Positions 52,067-61,076 of a stretch of DNA of 64,000 bases are shown one piece after another. Positions within the stretch are counted from its first letter, which is position 1. The number at the start of each line of letters is the position of its first letter. The notes beneath the pieces are model-generated. The model saw nothing but the letters and a program-made list of their open reading frames with translations, was not told where the DNA came from and searched no databases. The stretch is from positions 288,001-352,000 of the forward strand of contig OZ251459.1 of NCBI GenBank assembly GCA_965242525.1, written 5' to 3'. The DNA comes from an uncultured Candidatus Binatia bacterium (GTDB lineage: Bacteria; Desulfobacterota; Binatia; UBA9968; JAJDTQ01). Both the position numbers and the translations under genes were made by a program.

Positions 52067-52965
52067 CCCTTCGAACCGAGACCTGCGCGGTGGGCTCCGC
52101 CCACGTCCGGCGGCTCATGGACTACCTGGAGCTCACCAAGCCGAGGCTCGTGCTGATGGTCCTGATGACCACCCTGGTGGGTTTCTACCTGGGCTCCGAG
52201 TCCCTTCCGGACTACCTCGCGCTGTTGCACGCGCTGCTCGGCACGGCCTTGGCCGCGGGGGGGACCCTCGCCCTCAACCAGGCTTTGGAACGCGACATCG
52301 ACGCCGCCATGGAACGCACCCGGCGCCGGCCCATCCCCGAGGGGAGGGTCCAGCCGCTGGAGTGCGTCCTGTTCGGAAGCCTACTCCTGGCCGGCGGACT
52401 GTTGTTGCTGGCGGCCGCGGTCAACGTCCTGAGCGCGCTGCTGACCGCGGTCATCTCGGTCACCTACCTGTTCCTGTACACGCCCTTGAAGCAGGTGTCC
52501 TCCCTGTGCAGCGTGGTGGGCGCCGTGCCCGGGGCGCTCCCTCCGGTGGTGGGCTGGACCGCGGCCCAGGGCGCCCTCGGCCAGGAGGCCGGGATACTGT
52601 TCGGGATACTCTACCTGTGGCAGATCCCCCACAACCTCGCCATCGCCCGGCTCTACCGCGAGGACTTCCTGGCCGCGGGCATCCGGTTCCTGCCGGTGGT
52701 GGACCGGGAGGGGAAGAGCACGGGCATACAGGCGGTCTGCCATTGCCTGGCGTTGCTGGCGGTGAGCCTGATGCCCACGCTCCTGGGTTTCGCCGGTGCG
52801 GTCTATTACGTCGCGGCCATCCTGTTGGGCGCCGCGTTCCTGGTTTCCTCCCTCCGGTTGGCGGCGCTGAGGTCCGCGGCCAGCGCCCGGCGCCTGCTCT
52901 TCGCCTCGCTGCTCTACCTGCCGCTGCTCTTCGTCGTCATGGCCCTGGACAGGATACCGGTCTGA
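52063..52965 (+). CDS. cyoE: protoheme IX farnesyltransferase (heme O synthase)
   Basis: ELTKPR, ERDID..MERT..RPIP.G, YTPLK, WQIPH. Confidence 0.93.
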   Translation: MTLRTETCAVGSAHVRRLMDYLELTKPRLVLMVLMTTLVGFYLGSESLPDYLALLHALLGTALAAGGTLALNQALERDIDAAMERTRRRPIPEGRVQPLECVLFGSLLLAGGLLLLAAAVNVLSALLTAVISVTYLFLYTPLKQVSSLCSVVGAVPGALPPVVGWTAAQGALGQEAGILFGILYLWQIPHNLAIARLYREDFLAAGIRFLPVVDREGKSTGIQAVCHCLALLAVSLMPTLLGFAGAVYYVAAILLGAAFLVSSLRLAALRSAASARRLLFASLLYLPLLFVVMALDRIPV

Positions 52966-52966
52966 C

Positions 52967-53080
52967 ATGGGGTCACGGAATCCATCGGCGTCCGCAAGGA
53001 ACGCGCGCCTGGGGCTCACCATCGGGGCCGTGGCGGCGGGCTATATCCTCGCCACCGTGGTCTTCCTGGTGGCTTACTAG
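52967..53080 (+). CDS. 37-aa single-TM protein inside the cox operon
   Basis: MGSRNPSASARNARLGLTIGAVAAGYILATVVFLVAY*; starts 1 nt after the cyoE stop and fills the gap to subunit III. Confidence 0.6.
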   Translation: MGSRNPSASARNARLGLTIGAVAAGYILATVVFLVAY

Positions 53081-53105
53081 CGGGCCCGGCATCGGACCAT
53101 CGGAC

Positions 53106-53762
53106 ATGGCAAGGGAATCCGCGGCAAGGATACTCACGGACGACGAAGACCGGGGCGTCGAGCTTGCGCCGGCCTTCGGCGAAGGCCCCCCGCCGCCCTC
53201 CCGCCCGGAGCCGGCCGCCAGCAACGCGAGGCTGGGCCTGATGATGTTCATCGCCGCGGAGGTGATGTTCTTCGCCGGGCTCATCGGCGCGTTCCTGGTG
53301 CTGCGCCTGAGCAGCGAGGTGTGGCCGCCGCCGTCGCAGCCGCGGCTGCCGGTGTGGATCACGGGGTTCAACACCCTGGTGCTGCTGCTGAGCGGCGCCG
53401 CCATGCGGCGGGCGTCGCTGGCGGCCCGTGTGCGGGAGCAGGCGCGGTTGTCGGGCTGGCTGCTCGCCGCCGCGGCGCTGGGGACGCTGTTCCTCGCCAT
53501 ACAGGGTTACGAGTGGGTCCGGTTGATCGGGTTCGGCCTGACCCTGTGGAGCGGCCTCTACGGTTCCACTTTCTACGCGCTGATCGGGTTGCACGGGCTC
53601 CACGTGCTGGGAGCGCTGGTGTGGGTGGGCGTGGTCTGGACCCTCGCCCGGCGGGGGCGCTTTGCCTCGGGCCCCACGGTGGGGGTCGAGACCTGCGCCA
53701 TGTACTGGACCTTCGTGGTGGTCCTGTGGCCGGTGCTCTACGGCCTCGTGTACCTGTATTGA
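53106..53762 (+). CDS. cytochrome c oxidase subunit III-family protein (first)
   Basis: GLMMFIAAEVMFF, NTLVLLLSG, Q.YEW, GLHGLHV, YWTFV. Confidence 0.88.
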   Translation: MARESAARILTDDEDRGVELAPAFGEGPPPPSRPEPAASNARLGLMMFIAAEVMFFAGLIGAFLVLRLSSEVWPPPSQPRLPVWITGFNTLVLLLSGAAMRRASLAARVREQARLSGWLLAAAALGTLFLAIQGYEWVRLIGFGLTLWSGLYGSTFYALIGLHGLHVLGALVWVGVVWTLARRGRFASGPTVGVETCAMYWTFVVVLWPVLYGLVYLY

Positions 53763-53811
53763 GGGAGACCGGCAGGACCGGATTCCCCTGGTCGGAAAAG
53801 GAGAACGTCAG

Positions 53812-54429
53812 ATGAGCGACGCAGCCACGTTACATCCCGGCGCCGAGCCCGCGGAGTCTCCCCTCACGCCGGAGAGCTGGGGCAAGCTGGGGATGTGGAT
53901 CTTCCTTGCCGGCGACGCCATGACCTTCGGCACGCTGATCGTGACCTTCGGCATCATGCGCATGGCCTCGGACAACTGGCCCGTGGCCGCGGAGGTCCTC
54001 GGCATCAACCTGACCGCGGCCATGACCTTCCTGCTCATTTGCAGCAGCGTCACCATGGTGTTGGCCCTGTCCGGCATCAAGCGCGGCAACCGGCAGGAGT
54101 TCGTCAAGTTCCTGTCGCTCACGGTCCTCGGCGGGGCGGCCTTCCTCGGGTTGCAGGCGTACGAATGGACGCACCTGATCCACGAGGGCGTGACCATGTC
54201 GGAGAACGCCTTCGGCTCGCCGGTGTTCGGCGACACCTTCTACATCATGACGGGATTCCACGGCATGCACGTGTTCGGCGGGGTCGTTTACCTCGCGGTG
54301 GTCCTCGTGGGCGGGCTGACCGGCCGCATCCATGCGGACAACGCTTCGGTGGTGGAGATCGCCGGCCTCTACTGGCATTTCGTCGATCTCGTGTGGATCC
54401 TCATCTTCACCTTCGTGTACCTCTTGTAA
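53812..54429 (+). CDS. cytochrome c oxidase subunit III-family protein (second)
   Basis: KLGMWIFLAGDAMTF, QAYEW, TGFHGMHV, GLYWHFVDLVW. Confidence 0.9.
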   Translation: MSDAATLHPGAEPAESPLTPESWGKLGMWIFLAGDAMTFGTLIVTFGIMRMASDNWPVAAEVLGINLTAAMTFLLICSSVTMVLALSGIKRGNRQEFVKFLSLTVLGGAAFLGLQAYEWTHLIHEGVTMSENAFGSPVFGDTFYIMTGFHGMHVFGGVVYLAVVLVGGLTGRIHADNASVVEIAGLYWHFVDLVWILIFTFVYLL

Positions 54430-54447
54430 CGATACGGAGAACCAGCC

Positions 54448-54735
54448 ATGACAGACACAGCAATCCACAAGGAAACCCACGCGGACCCCAACTACCTGGC
54501 CGTGTTCGGCTGGCTCTTCGCCCTCACCGTGGTGGAGGTGGGGGTGATCTACCTGCCGGTGCCCAAGTGGGTCATCCTCGTCTCACTGGTGCTGCTGGCG
54601 GTGGTGAAGGCGGCGCTGGTGGCGATCTACTTCATGCACCTCAAGTTCGAGCGGGTCACCATCTGGTGGATCGCCGTGATCCCGGTGATCCTGTGCGTGT
54701 TCCTGATCTTCATGCTCATCCCGGAGCTCGTCTGA
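54448..54735 (+). CDS. cytochrome c oxidase subunit IV (prokaryotic)
   Basis: Y..VF..L..LT..E, KA.LV..YFMHLKFE. Confidence 0.88.
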   Translation: MTDTAIHKETHADPNYLAVFGWLFALTVVEVGVIYLPVPKWVILVSLVLLAVVKAALVAIYFMHLKFERVTIWWIAVIPVILCVFLIFMLIPELV

Positions 54736-54868
54736 TGGCGCGGGTCCCAGGACCGCAGGCCCGGGCGGGTTCGGAACCCGCCCGGGGGATGCGCCGGGAA
54801 ACGGCCCTCCCCGCCTTTCGTTGCGGTTCGCCCGGCCGGACGGGTCCCGGCCGCGGACCACGTTTCCG

Positions 54869-55300
54869 TTGATCCCCGTCACGTCACTCCCCCACCTGAA
54901 CGCGCTGCTCAACTCGGTCAGCGCGCTCCTTCTCCTGGCCGGCTACCTGTTCGTCCGCCGCCGCCGCATGGACGCGCACCGGCGCTGCATGCTGGCCGCG
55001 TTGGGCAGCTCGGCGCTGTTCCTGGTCTCCTACCTCATCTACCACTTCAGCGTGGGTTCCGTCCGTTTCCAGGGCCAGGGCTGGACCCGGCCCGTCTATT
55101 TCGCGGTGCTCGTGTCCCACACGGTCCTCGCCACCGCCATCGTCCCCCTGGTCCTGGTCACCGTCACGCGGGCGCTGCGCCGGCGGTTCGACCGGCACCG
55201 GGCCATTGCGCGATGGACCCTGCCGCTGTGGTTGTACGTGTCCGTGACCGGCGTGGTCGTGTACTGGATGCTGTACCGGATGGATTTCGGGAACCTCTGA
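54869..55300 (+). CDS. DUF420 family membrane protein
   Basis: LPHLNALLN, HRRCM, FLVSYL.YH, H..IARWT.P.WLYVSVTGV; TTG start inferred. Confidence 0.85.
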   Translation: MIPVTSLPHLNALLNSVSALLLLAGYLFVRRRRMDAHRRCMLAALGSSALFLVSYLIYHFSVGSVRFQGQGWTRPVYFAVLVSHTVLATAIVPLVLVTVTRALRRRFDRHRAIARWTLPLWLYVSVTGVVVYWMLYRMDFGNL

Positions 55301-55432
55301 ACGATCCGGACAGGGGGCATGAGCGCGTCCTTCGACTTCGCTACGCTACGCTCAGGATGAACGGAGGACTTCGCTACGCTACGCTCAGGATGAACGGAGG
55401 ACTTCGCTACGCTACGCTCAGGACCAACGGGG
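55290..55432 (-). repeat. REP/MITE-like element, copy 5, with a 3 x 33-bp tandem expansion
   Basis: GGAACCTCTGAACGA end; units GACTTCGCTACGCTACGCTCAGGATGAACGGAG at 55334, 55367 and 55400 (third unit variant). Confidence 0.85.
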
Positions 55433-55598
55433 ATGGGGCGTCAGGATGAGGGAAACGGGAGTCCATCCCGGATGTCTCGATTGTTCGGATGTTCCTTCCA
55501 GCGCTCTTCCGGCTTTCGAGCGGGCGGGGTCTTGCGGCCAAGGTACGGCGGGGTGGATCCCGAAGCGCCGCTTCCGGTTCGGTGTCCCGCCGACGGGA

Positions 55599-56456
55599 TC
55601 ACGAACCCGGCGGCGCTTTTGCGGGCAGGGCCGCGCGGGTCGTCCCCGGGTCGAAGGCGGCCACCGTGCGCAAGGCGTCCGCGACCCCCGGCGCCGCGGC
55701 AAGGACGGGGTTGCCGTGCAGCAGGCCGTCGTTTGCGAGGAAGTCGTTGGTCCAGCCCCCGGCCTCTTCCACCAGCAATATCCCGGCCAGGCAGTCCCAG
55801 GCGTTGATGTGCGCCTCCAGGTAGCCGAGCAGACGGCCGGCGGCCACGTAGGCCAGCATCAGGGCGCCGGAACCGCTGCGCTGGTACATGCCGCCCGCTT
55901 CCAACAGGCGGCGGATGCTCTCCACCGCGGGTCCCGCCGAGGTCCGGGTCGAATAGCCGACGCCCACGGCGCCCTGGGCCAAGCTGTGGGCCGCGCTGCA
56001 CCACATGGGCGTCCCGCCGCAGAAGGCGCCCTTGCCCCGGCGCGCTGCGAAGACCTCGTCCGCGTTCGGGTCGTAAACGACGCCGACTTCGGTTCGGCCC
56101 TGTCGCACGTAGGCGATGGAAACGCACCAGACCGGCGTCCGGTTGACGAAGTTCGCGGTCCCGTCGATGGGATCCACCACCCAGACGCCGCCTGCATGGC
56201 GGCCGTCGAACGCCGCGCCCCCCTCCTCGCCCAGGAACCCGTCGTCCGGAAAGAGCTCGTGGACGCGGTCCCGGATGAGGGTCTCGACGGCGCCGTCGGC
56301 CTGGCTGGCGAAGTCCTGCGGACCCTTGGAGACCACCTCCAGCCCCTCCGGGTTGCGAAAGTACGCCAGCGCCGCCCGCCCCGCTTCGTGCGCGATCTCC
56401 TTCGCCGCCCGGAAGCGCCGGTCCAGCCCCCGATCATCCGTATGGTTGGAGTCCAT
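55599..56456 (-). CDS. inositol monophosphatase family protein
   Basis: FLGEE, WVVDPIDGTANF, AWDCLAG..LVEEAGG. Confidence 0.9.
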   Translation of the reverse strand: MDSNHTDDRGLDRRFRAAKEIAHEAGRAALAYFRNPEGLEVVSKGPQDFASQADGAVETLIRDRVHELFPDDGFLGEEGGAAFDGRHAGGVWVVDPIDGTANFVNRTPVWCVSIAYVRQGRTEVGVVYDPNADEVFAARRGKGAFCGGTPMWCSAAHSLAQGAVGVGYSTRTSAGPAVESIRRLLEAGGMYQRSGSGALMLAYVAAGRLLGYLEAHINAWDCLAGILLVEEAGGWTNDFLANDGLLHGNPVLAAAPGVADALRTVAAFDPGTTRAALPAKAPPGS

Positions 56457-56458
56457 CC

Positions 56459-57535
56459 CTAAGTCTGCTCCTCGAGCAGCATGACGCCGCGGTCGCGAAA
56501 GGCGATCCGCACGCGGGACCCCGGGGGGACCAGCGCGTCGAACTGGTAGTCGGCCGCGAAGATCTCGCCGAGGTCGGTGTCGAGGGTGTATTCCACGTGG
56601 CTGCCCACGTAGGTGCCCTTCGACACCGTTCCCGCGAGTCCGCCCTCCGGTTCGCCCGCTTCGAGGATCACCGCTTCCGGCCGGACCGCGAGCTTGACCG
56701 GACCCGCGGGCAGGCCCCGGTGCGGCAGACGGAGCTCCACCCCGCGGCCGACGCGGACGGTTGCGCGGTCGCCCTCGCGGCGCACCAGCTCGGCATCGAC
56801 CACGTTGGCGTCGCCGATGAAGTCGGCGACGAAGAGGTTGCGGGGCGCTTCGTAGAGTTCCCTCGGCGCGCCTTCCTGTGCGACCTCGGCGTTGCCCATC
56901 ACGATGATCCGGTCCGATACCGCCAGCGCCTCCTCCTGGTCGTGGGTGACGTAAACCGTGGTCAAGCCGAGGGTCTGCTGCAACTCCCGGATCTCCTCGC
57001 GGACCCGGCGGCGCAGCTTGGCGTCGAGGTTGGAGAGGGGCTCGTCGAACAGCAGCACGGTCGGTTCGAGGACCAGGGCGCGGGCCACCGCCACCCGCTG
57101 TTGCTGGCCGCCGGAAAGCTCGCTGGGCAGGCGCGCGCCGTAGCCGGAGAGCCCCACCAGCCCGAGGCCCTCTTCGGCCCGCTCCCGCCTCTCCGCCTTG
57201 GCGACGCCGCTGACCGAGAGGCCGTAGGAGACGTTCTCGAGCACGGTCATGTGCGGGAACAGGGCATAGGACTGGAACACCATGGAGACGTCCCGCGCAC
57301 TGGCCGGCAGGCGGGAGACGTCGTCGCCGCCGATATGGATGCTGCCGGATGTGGGCATCTCCAGGCCGGCAACGAGGCGGAGCGTCGTGGTCTTGCCGCA
57401 GCCGCTGGGTCCCAGCAGGGTCACCAGGTCGCCGGCGCGAACCTCGAAGGAGACCCGGTTGACGGCCACCACCGGTCCGTAGTGCTTGCTGACGTCGTGG
57501 AACCGGACCGCCGCGGCCTGCCCCTCGATGCTCAC
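56459..57535 (-). CDS. ABC transporter ATP-binding protein (FbpC/AfuC-like)
   Basis: GPSGCGKT, LSGGQQQR, FDEPLSNLD, TOBE domain; GTGA coupling with the permease. Confidence 0.92.
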   Translation of the reverse strand: MSIEGQAAAVRFHDVSKHYGPVVAVNRVSFEVRAGDLVTLLGPSGCGKTTTLRLVAGLEMPTSGSIHIGGDDVSRLPASARDVSMVFQSYALFPHMTVLENVSYGLSVSGVAKAERRERAEEGLGLVGLSGYGARLPSELSGGQQQRVAVARALVLEPTVLLFDEPLSNLDAKLRRRVREEIRELQQTLGLTTVYVTHDQEEALAVSDRIIVMGNAEVAQEGAPRELYEAPRNLFVADFIGDANVVDAELVRREGDRATVRVGRGVELRLPHRGLPAGPVKLAVRPEAVILEAGEPEGGLAGTVSKGTYVGSHVEYTLDTDLGEIFAADYQFDALVPPGSRVRIAFRDRGVMLLEEQT

Positions 57536-59754
57536 GCCGCGGCTCCCCCCGCGCCGTGGACGGCCGCGTTCACGGCGCCTGTCCTGCGGCCCATGCGCCG
57601 TTCGCCCACCGCCAGTTGGACCAGCAGGATCACCGCCACCATGACCACGATCAGGACCGAGCTGTAGGCGATGGCGAGTCCGTAATCGCCGTTCTCCACC
57701 CGTCCGATGATGTAGGAAGTCGCCATGTCGTAGTTGGCGCTGACCAGGAAGATCACCGCGCTGATGGCGGTCATGGCGCGGACGAAGCTGAAGACCAGGG
57801 CGGCCACCACCGCCGGGCGCAGGAGCGGCAGGACCACTTTGCGGACGGTGGCGAAGGAACTGGCCCCCAGGGTCAACGACGCCTCGTCCAGGCTCTTGTC
57901 GATCTGGGTCATGGCGGCGACGCCGGCGCGCACGCCCACCGGCATGTTGCGGAAGATGAAGCAGATGACCAGTATGACGCCGGTGCCGGTGAGCTCCATG
58001 GGCGGCACGTTGAAGGCGAGGATGTAGCCGACCCCGATGACGGTGCCGGGTATCGCGAAGCTCAACAGGGTGCCGAACTCGAAGGCGTGCTGCCCGGCGA
58101 ACTTCTGCCGAATCAGCAGGTAGGCGGTCAGCAGCCCCACCGCCGCGGTCAGCGGGGCGGAAACGGCGGAGATGGAGAGGGTGGTCCAGAAGGAGTTCCA
58201 GGCGGCGCCGGACCAGACCAGTCCGCCGGCCCCGGTGGTGACGGAAAAGGCGTCGGCGTAGTGGCGCAGGGTGAGGCTGTGGTCCCGGCCCCAGAGCTCC
58301 ACGAAACCGCCGAACAGGATCATGCAGTAGATGACCGCGGTGAGGCCGGCCCAGGGCAGGGCCGAGCCGTAAACGAGCCAAGTCACGCGCCGGGGCAGGG
58401 GGACGTGCAGGCCGGCGTCGCCCTTGCCGGTGACCGTGGCGTAGGACTTGCGCCCCAGCCAGCGGCGCTGGGCCCAGAACGCGGACAGGGTGAAGGCCAG
58501 GAGGACGATGGCCAGGACCGCGGCCCGGCCCTGGTCGTTCTGGGCCCCGACGATGGCGAAGAAGATGGCGGTGGACAAGACGTCGAAGTTGCCGCCCAGG
58601 ACCAGGGGGTTGCCGAAATCGGCCAGGCTTTCGATGAAGCCCACCAGGAAGGCGTTGGCCAGTCCCGGGCGCATCAGGGGCAACGAGACGGTGGTGAACG
58701 TGCGCCAGTCGTCGGCGCGCAGGGTCTGCGCCGCCTCTTCCATGGAGGGGCTCACGCCCTCCACCACACCGATGAGGACCAGGAACGCGATGGGCGTGAA
58801 GGCCAGGGTCTGGGCCAGCCAGATGCCGGGCAGTCCGTAGATGTAGCGCCCCGGCGTCGCCCCGGTGACCGCTTCGATGGCCAGGGTCACCGTGCCCGAC
58901 GCGCCGAACAGCAGGATGATGGCGAGACCGATGACGAAGGGCGGGGTGATGATGGGCAAGACGGTGAGGGTGCGCAGCAGCCTCTTGGCCTGGAAGCCGG
59001 TCCGGGTCGCCAGCAGGGCGAAAGCCAGGCCCAGGACCGTGGTGCTGGCGCCCACCAGGATGGCCATCCACAGGGAGTTCCAGGCGACGCCGCAGTTGAC
59101 GTTGGCGGCCAGGCAGCCCAGGCCCCAGATGTCGCGGCTGAACAGCTTCTCGACGAAGAGGTAGGGCGCGAAGTGGTAGTCGTTGTCCTGGAAGGCGCTG
59201 GCCAGGATGCGGACCACGGGGAAGAAGATGAAGGCGGCCACGAGGGCGACCACCAAGGCGATGGAGCCCACCACGAAACCGTCGCCGTTGACCGCCCCGC
59301 GGGCGGCGATCCCCTGTGCGAACAGGAAGAGGAAGGATGCCGATACCAGCAGGGCGCCGTAGCCCATGCCGAACTGGCGGTCGCCGAGGGGGCCGAAGAG
59401 CCCTTCGAGAAAAGGGTATTCCCAGCCGCGGATGCCGATGGCGAAGCCCTGGGCCAGCAGGTAGAACGCGCCGAGGCTGCCCGCGGCCAGCAGGACCGCG
59501 CTGAAGAGCGGGTCGGCGCGCCGGCGCCAAAGCACCGCCAAGGGCGCCGCCAGCGGCAGCACCAGCGGCGCCAGCCACCAGCGGCCGGCCAGCAGGACCT
59601 GCAGCAGGCCCGGGGCGTCGTCGGCCCCGGGCGGGTACTCGGACAGCCAGGCGAAGGACCAGAACCCGTCTTCCACGCCGTACCACGGGAGGAGCGCAAA
59701 GCCGCCCCATCCCGCGGCAAGCCAGAGCGCCGCGGGCCGATTCATCGGGCCCAT
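57532..59754 (-). CDS. ABC transporter permease with two TM domains (FbpB/AfuB-like)
   Basis: Two EAA loops (MEEAAQTL, LDEASLTLGA); LADFGNP. Confidence 0.9.
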   Translation of the reverse strand: MGPMNRPAALWLAAGWGGFALLPWYGVEDGFWSFAWLSEYPPGADDAPGLLQVLLAGRWWLAPLVLPLAAPLAVLWRRRADPLFSAVLLAAGSLGAFYLLAQGFAIGIRGWEYPFLEGLFGPLGDRQFGMGYGALLVSASFLFLFAQGIAARGAVNGDGFVVGSIALVVALVAAFIFFPVVRILASAFQDNDYHFAPYLFVEKLFSRDIWGLGCLAANVNCGVAWNSLWMAILVGASTTVLGLAFALLATRTGFQAKRLLRTLTVLPIITPPFVIGLAIILLFGASGTVTLAIEAVTGATPGRYIYGLPGIWLAQTLAFTPIAFLVLIGVVEGVSPSMEEAAQTLRADDWRTFTTVSLPLMRPGLANAFLVGFIESLADFGNPLVLGGNFDVLSTAIFFAIVGAQNDQGRAAVLAIVLLAFTLSAFWAQRRWLGRKSYATVTGKGDAGLHVPLPRRVTWLVYGSALPWAGLTAVIYCMILFGGFVELWGRDHSLTLRHYADAFSVTTGAGGLVWSGAAWNSFWTTLSISAVSAPLTAAVGLLTAYLLIRQKFAGQHAFEFGTLLSFAIPGTVIGVGYILAFNVPPMELTGTGVILVICFIFRNMPVGVRAGVAAMTQIDKSLDEASLTLGASSFATVRKVVLPLLRPAVVAALVFSFVRAMTAISAVIFLVSANYDMATSYIIGRVENGDYGLAIAYSSVLIVVMVAVILLVQLAVGERRMGRRTGAVNAAVHGAGGAAA

Positions 59755-59765
59755 GCGTCAGCCGC

Positions 59766-60803
59766 TCAACGCGGCAGTGTATAGACCTCGTCGTCCCATT
59801 TCTTCAACAGCCGCCGCCGTTCGGCCGACGACCCGTATTTCTTGAAGTCGTAGTCGATGAGCTTGATCTGGCTCAGGTCCGGCGCCTGCGGCGGCGGCGA
59901 GGCGCCGGAGTGGGACGGCACCTGGTAGGCCCTGGCCTGGGCCGCCATGGTCTGGATCTTCGGGTCGAGGGCGAAATCGACCCACTTCCTGGCGTTCTCC
60001 GGGTTGCGAGCGCCCTCGATGACGCTCACCGAACCGATCTCGTAGCCGGTGCCCTCGCAGGGCGAGACGATCTCGATGGGGAAGCCCTTGACCGCCTGGG
60101 TCACCATGTCGTGCTGGAAGACGATGCCCATCGTGGTCTCGCCCCGGGCCGACGCCTTGATGGGGGCCGAGCCCGACTTGGTGTACTGGTTGATGTTCCG
60201 GTGCAGGCCCTTCATGAACTCGAACCCCGCGTCCTCGCCGAAGACCTGGATGATGGTGGCGAGGGTGGTGTAGGCGGTGCCCGAGGAGTTGGGGTTCGCC
60301 ATCTGGATGTGGCCCTTGTAGGCGGGCCTGGTCAGGTCCTGCCAGCATTTCGGCGCCGGCAGCTTGTGCTTCTGCAACAGCTCGCCGTTGTAGCCGACGC
60401 CCAGCGCGCCGGCATAGATGCCCACCGTGCGGTAGCCGGACTGCTCGGCCTGGCGGCGCGCCCAGTCCTGCAACTCGGGAAGCCGCGGCGACCGGTACTC
60501 CTGCGTCAGGCCTTCTTCGGCCGCCTGCAAGTGCGGGTCGCCGGTGCCGCCCCACCAGACGTCGCCCTTGGGGTTCCGGCGTTCCGCCTTGATCTGGGCG
60601 AAAGTCTCGCCGGAGCTCTTGCGCGTCATGGCCACCTTGACGCCGGTGGCTTTCTCGAACTCCTCGACCATGAGCTGGCACCACTCGATCTGCGGGCTGC
60701 AATACAGGGTCAACTTGCCCGCGGCGAACGCGGTGTGGGCGGCAGCCCCGACGAGGCCGGAGACGGCCAAGGCAACGAACCACGAGCCGAGACGTTTCAT
60801 CAT
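59766..60803 (-). CDS. ABC transporter substrate-binding protein (AfuA/FbpA cluster)
   Basis: Signal peptide; LTLYCS..WC, SSGE, DVWWGGTGDP, NPNSSGTAY, EGTGYEIG; GGGAGG SD. Confidence 0.88.
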   Translation of the reverse strand: MMKRLGSWFVALAVSGLVGAAAHTAFAAGKLTLYCSPQIEWCQLMVEEFEKATGVKVAMTRKSSGETFAQIKAERRNPKGDVWWGGTGDPHLQAAEEGLTQEYRSPRLPELQDWARRQAEQSGYRTVGIYAGALGVGYNGELLQKHKLPAPKCWQDLTRPAYKGHIQMANPNSSGTAYTTLATIIQVFGEDAGFEFMKGLHRNINQYTKSGSAPIKASARGETTMGIVFQHDMVTQAVKGFPIEIVSPCEGTGYEIGSVSVIEGARNPENARKWVDFALDPKIQTMAAQARAYQVPSHSGASPPPQAPDLSQIKLIDYDFKKYGSSAERRRLLKKWDDEVYTLPR

Positions 60804-60889
60804 GGTGTCCTCCCTGTTGGCGTGTTGGCGCAGGTTTCCCTCGCGCCGGGTATTGGGTCTCGAGTCCGCGGGGACGTTACCACACTCGG

Positions 60890-61076
60890 GCGGCCGTTGT
60901 ACACGGCAACGAGGCGTTTGCGGAAGAAACGCGCCTCCGCATATAATGGGAGCGTCCGGTCGAAGGGCGCCTGACGAAAGCGAAGCCGAAGCAGCTCCTT
61001 GCCCCCGGGTACATTGCCGACGTTGGAGATGCCCTTGTCCTCGATGGGATCGGTGTCGAGGTTCGCCATGCGCGGC
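60890..61076 (-). pseudogene. degenerate internal fragment of the sulfotransferase
   Basis: Aligns to ~38066-38251: DKGISNVG..PFDRTLPLYAEARFFRKR versus DKSISDVG..PFDRALSFYAEMRFFHKR, with frameshifts. Confidence 0.8.
60918..60947 (+). promoter_or_regulatory. candidate sigma70 promoter for paralogs C-D inside the pseudogene
   Basis: TTGCGG-18bp-TATAAT. Confidence 0.5.

Noticed and set aside
53106-54429. Duplicated cox subunit III as a novelty
   Set aside because: Two subunit III-family genes followed by subunit IV and DUF420 is an arrangement already common in other bacteria.
55334-55432. CRISPR array
   Set aside because: The units are contiguous with no unique spacers, no cas genes are present, and the unit derives from the REP core.
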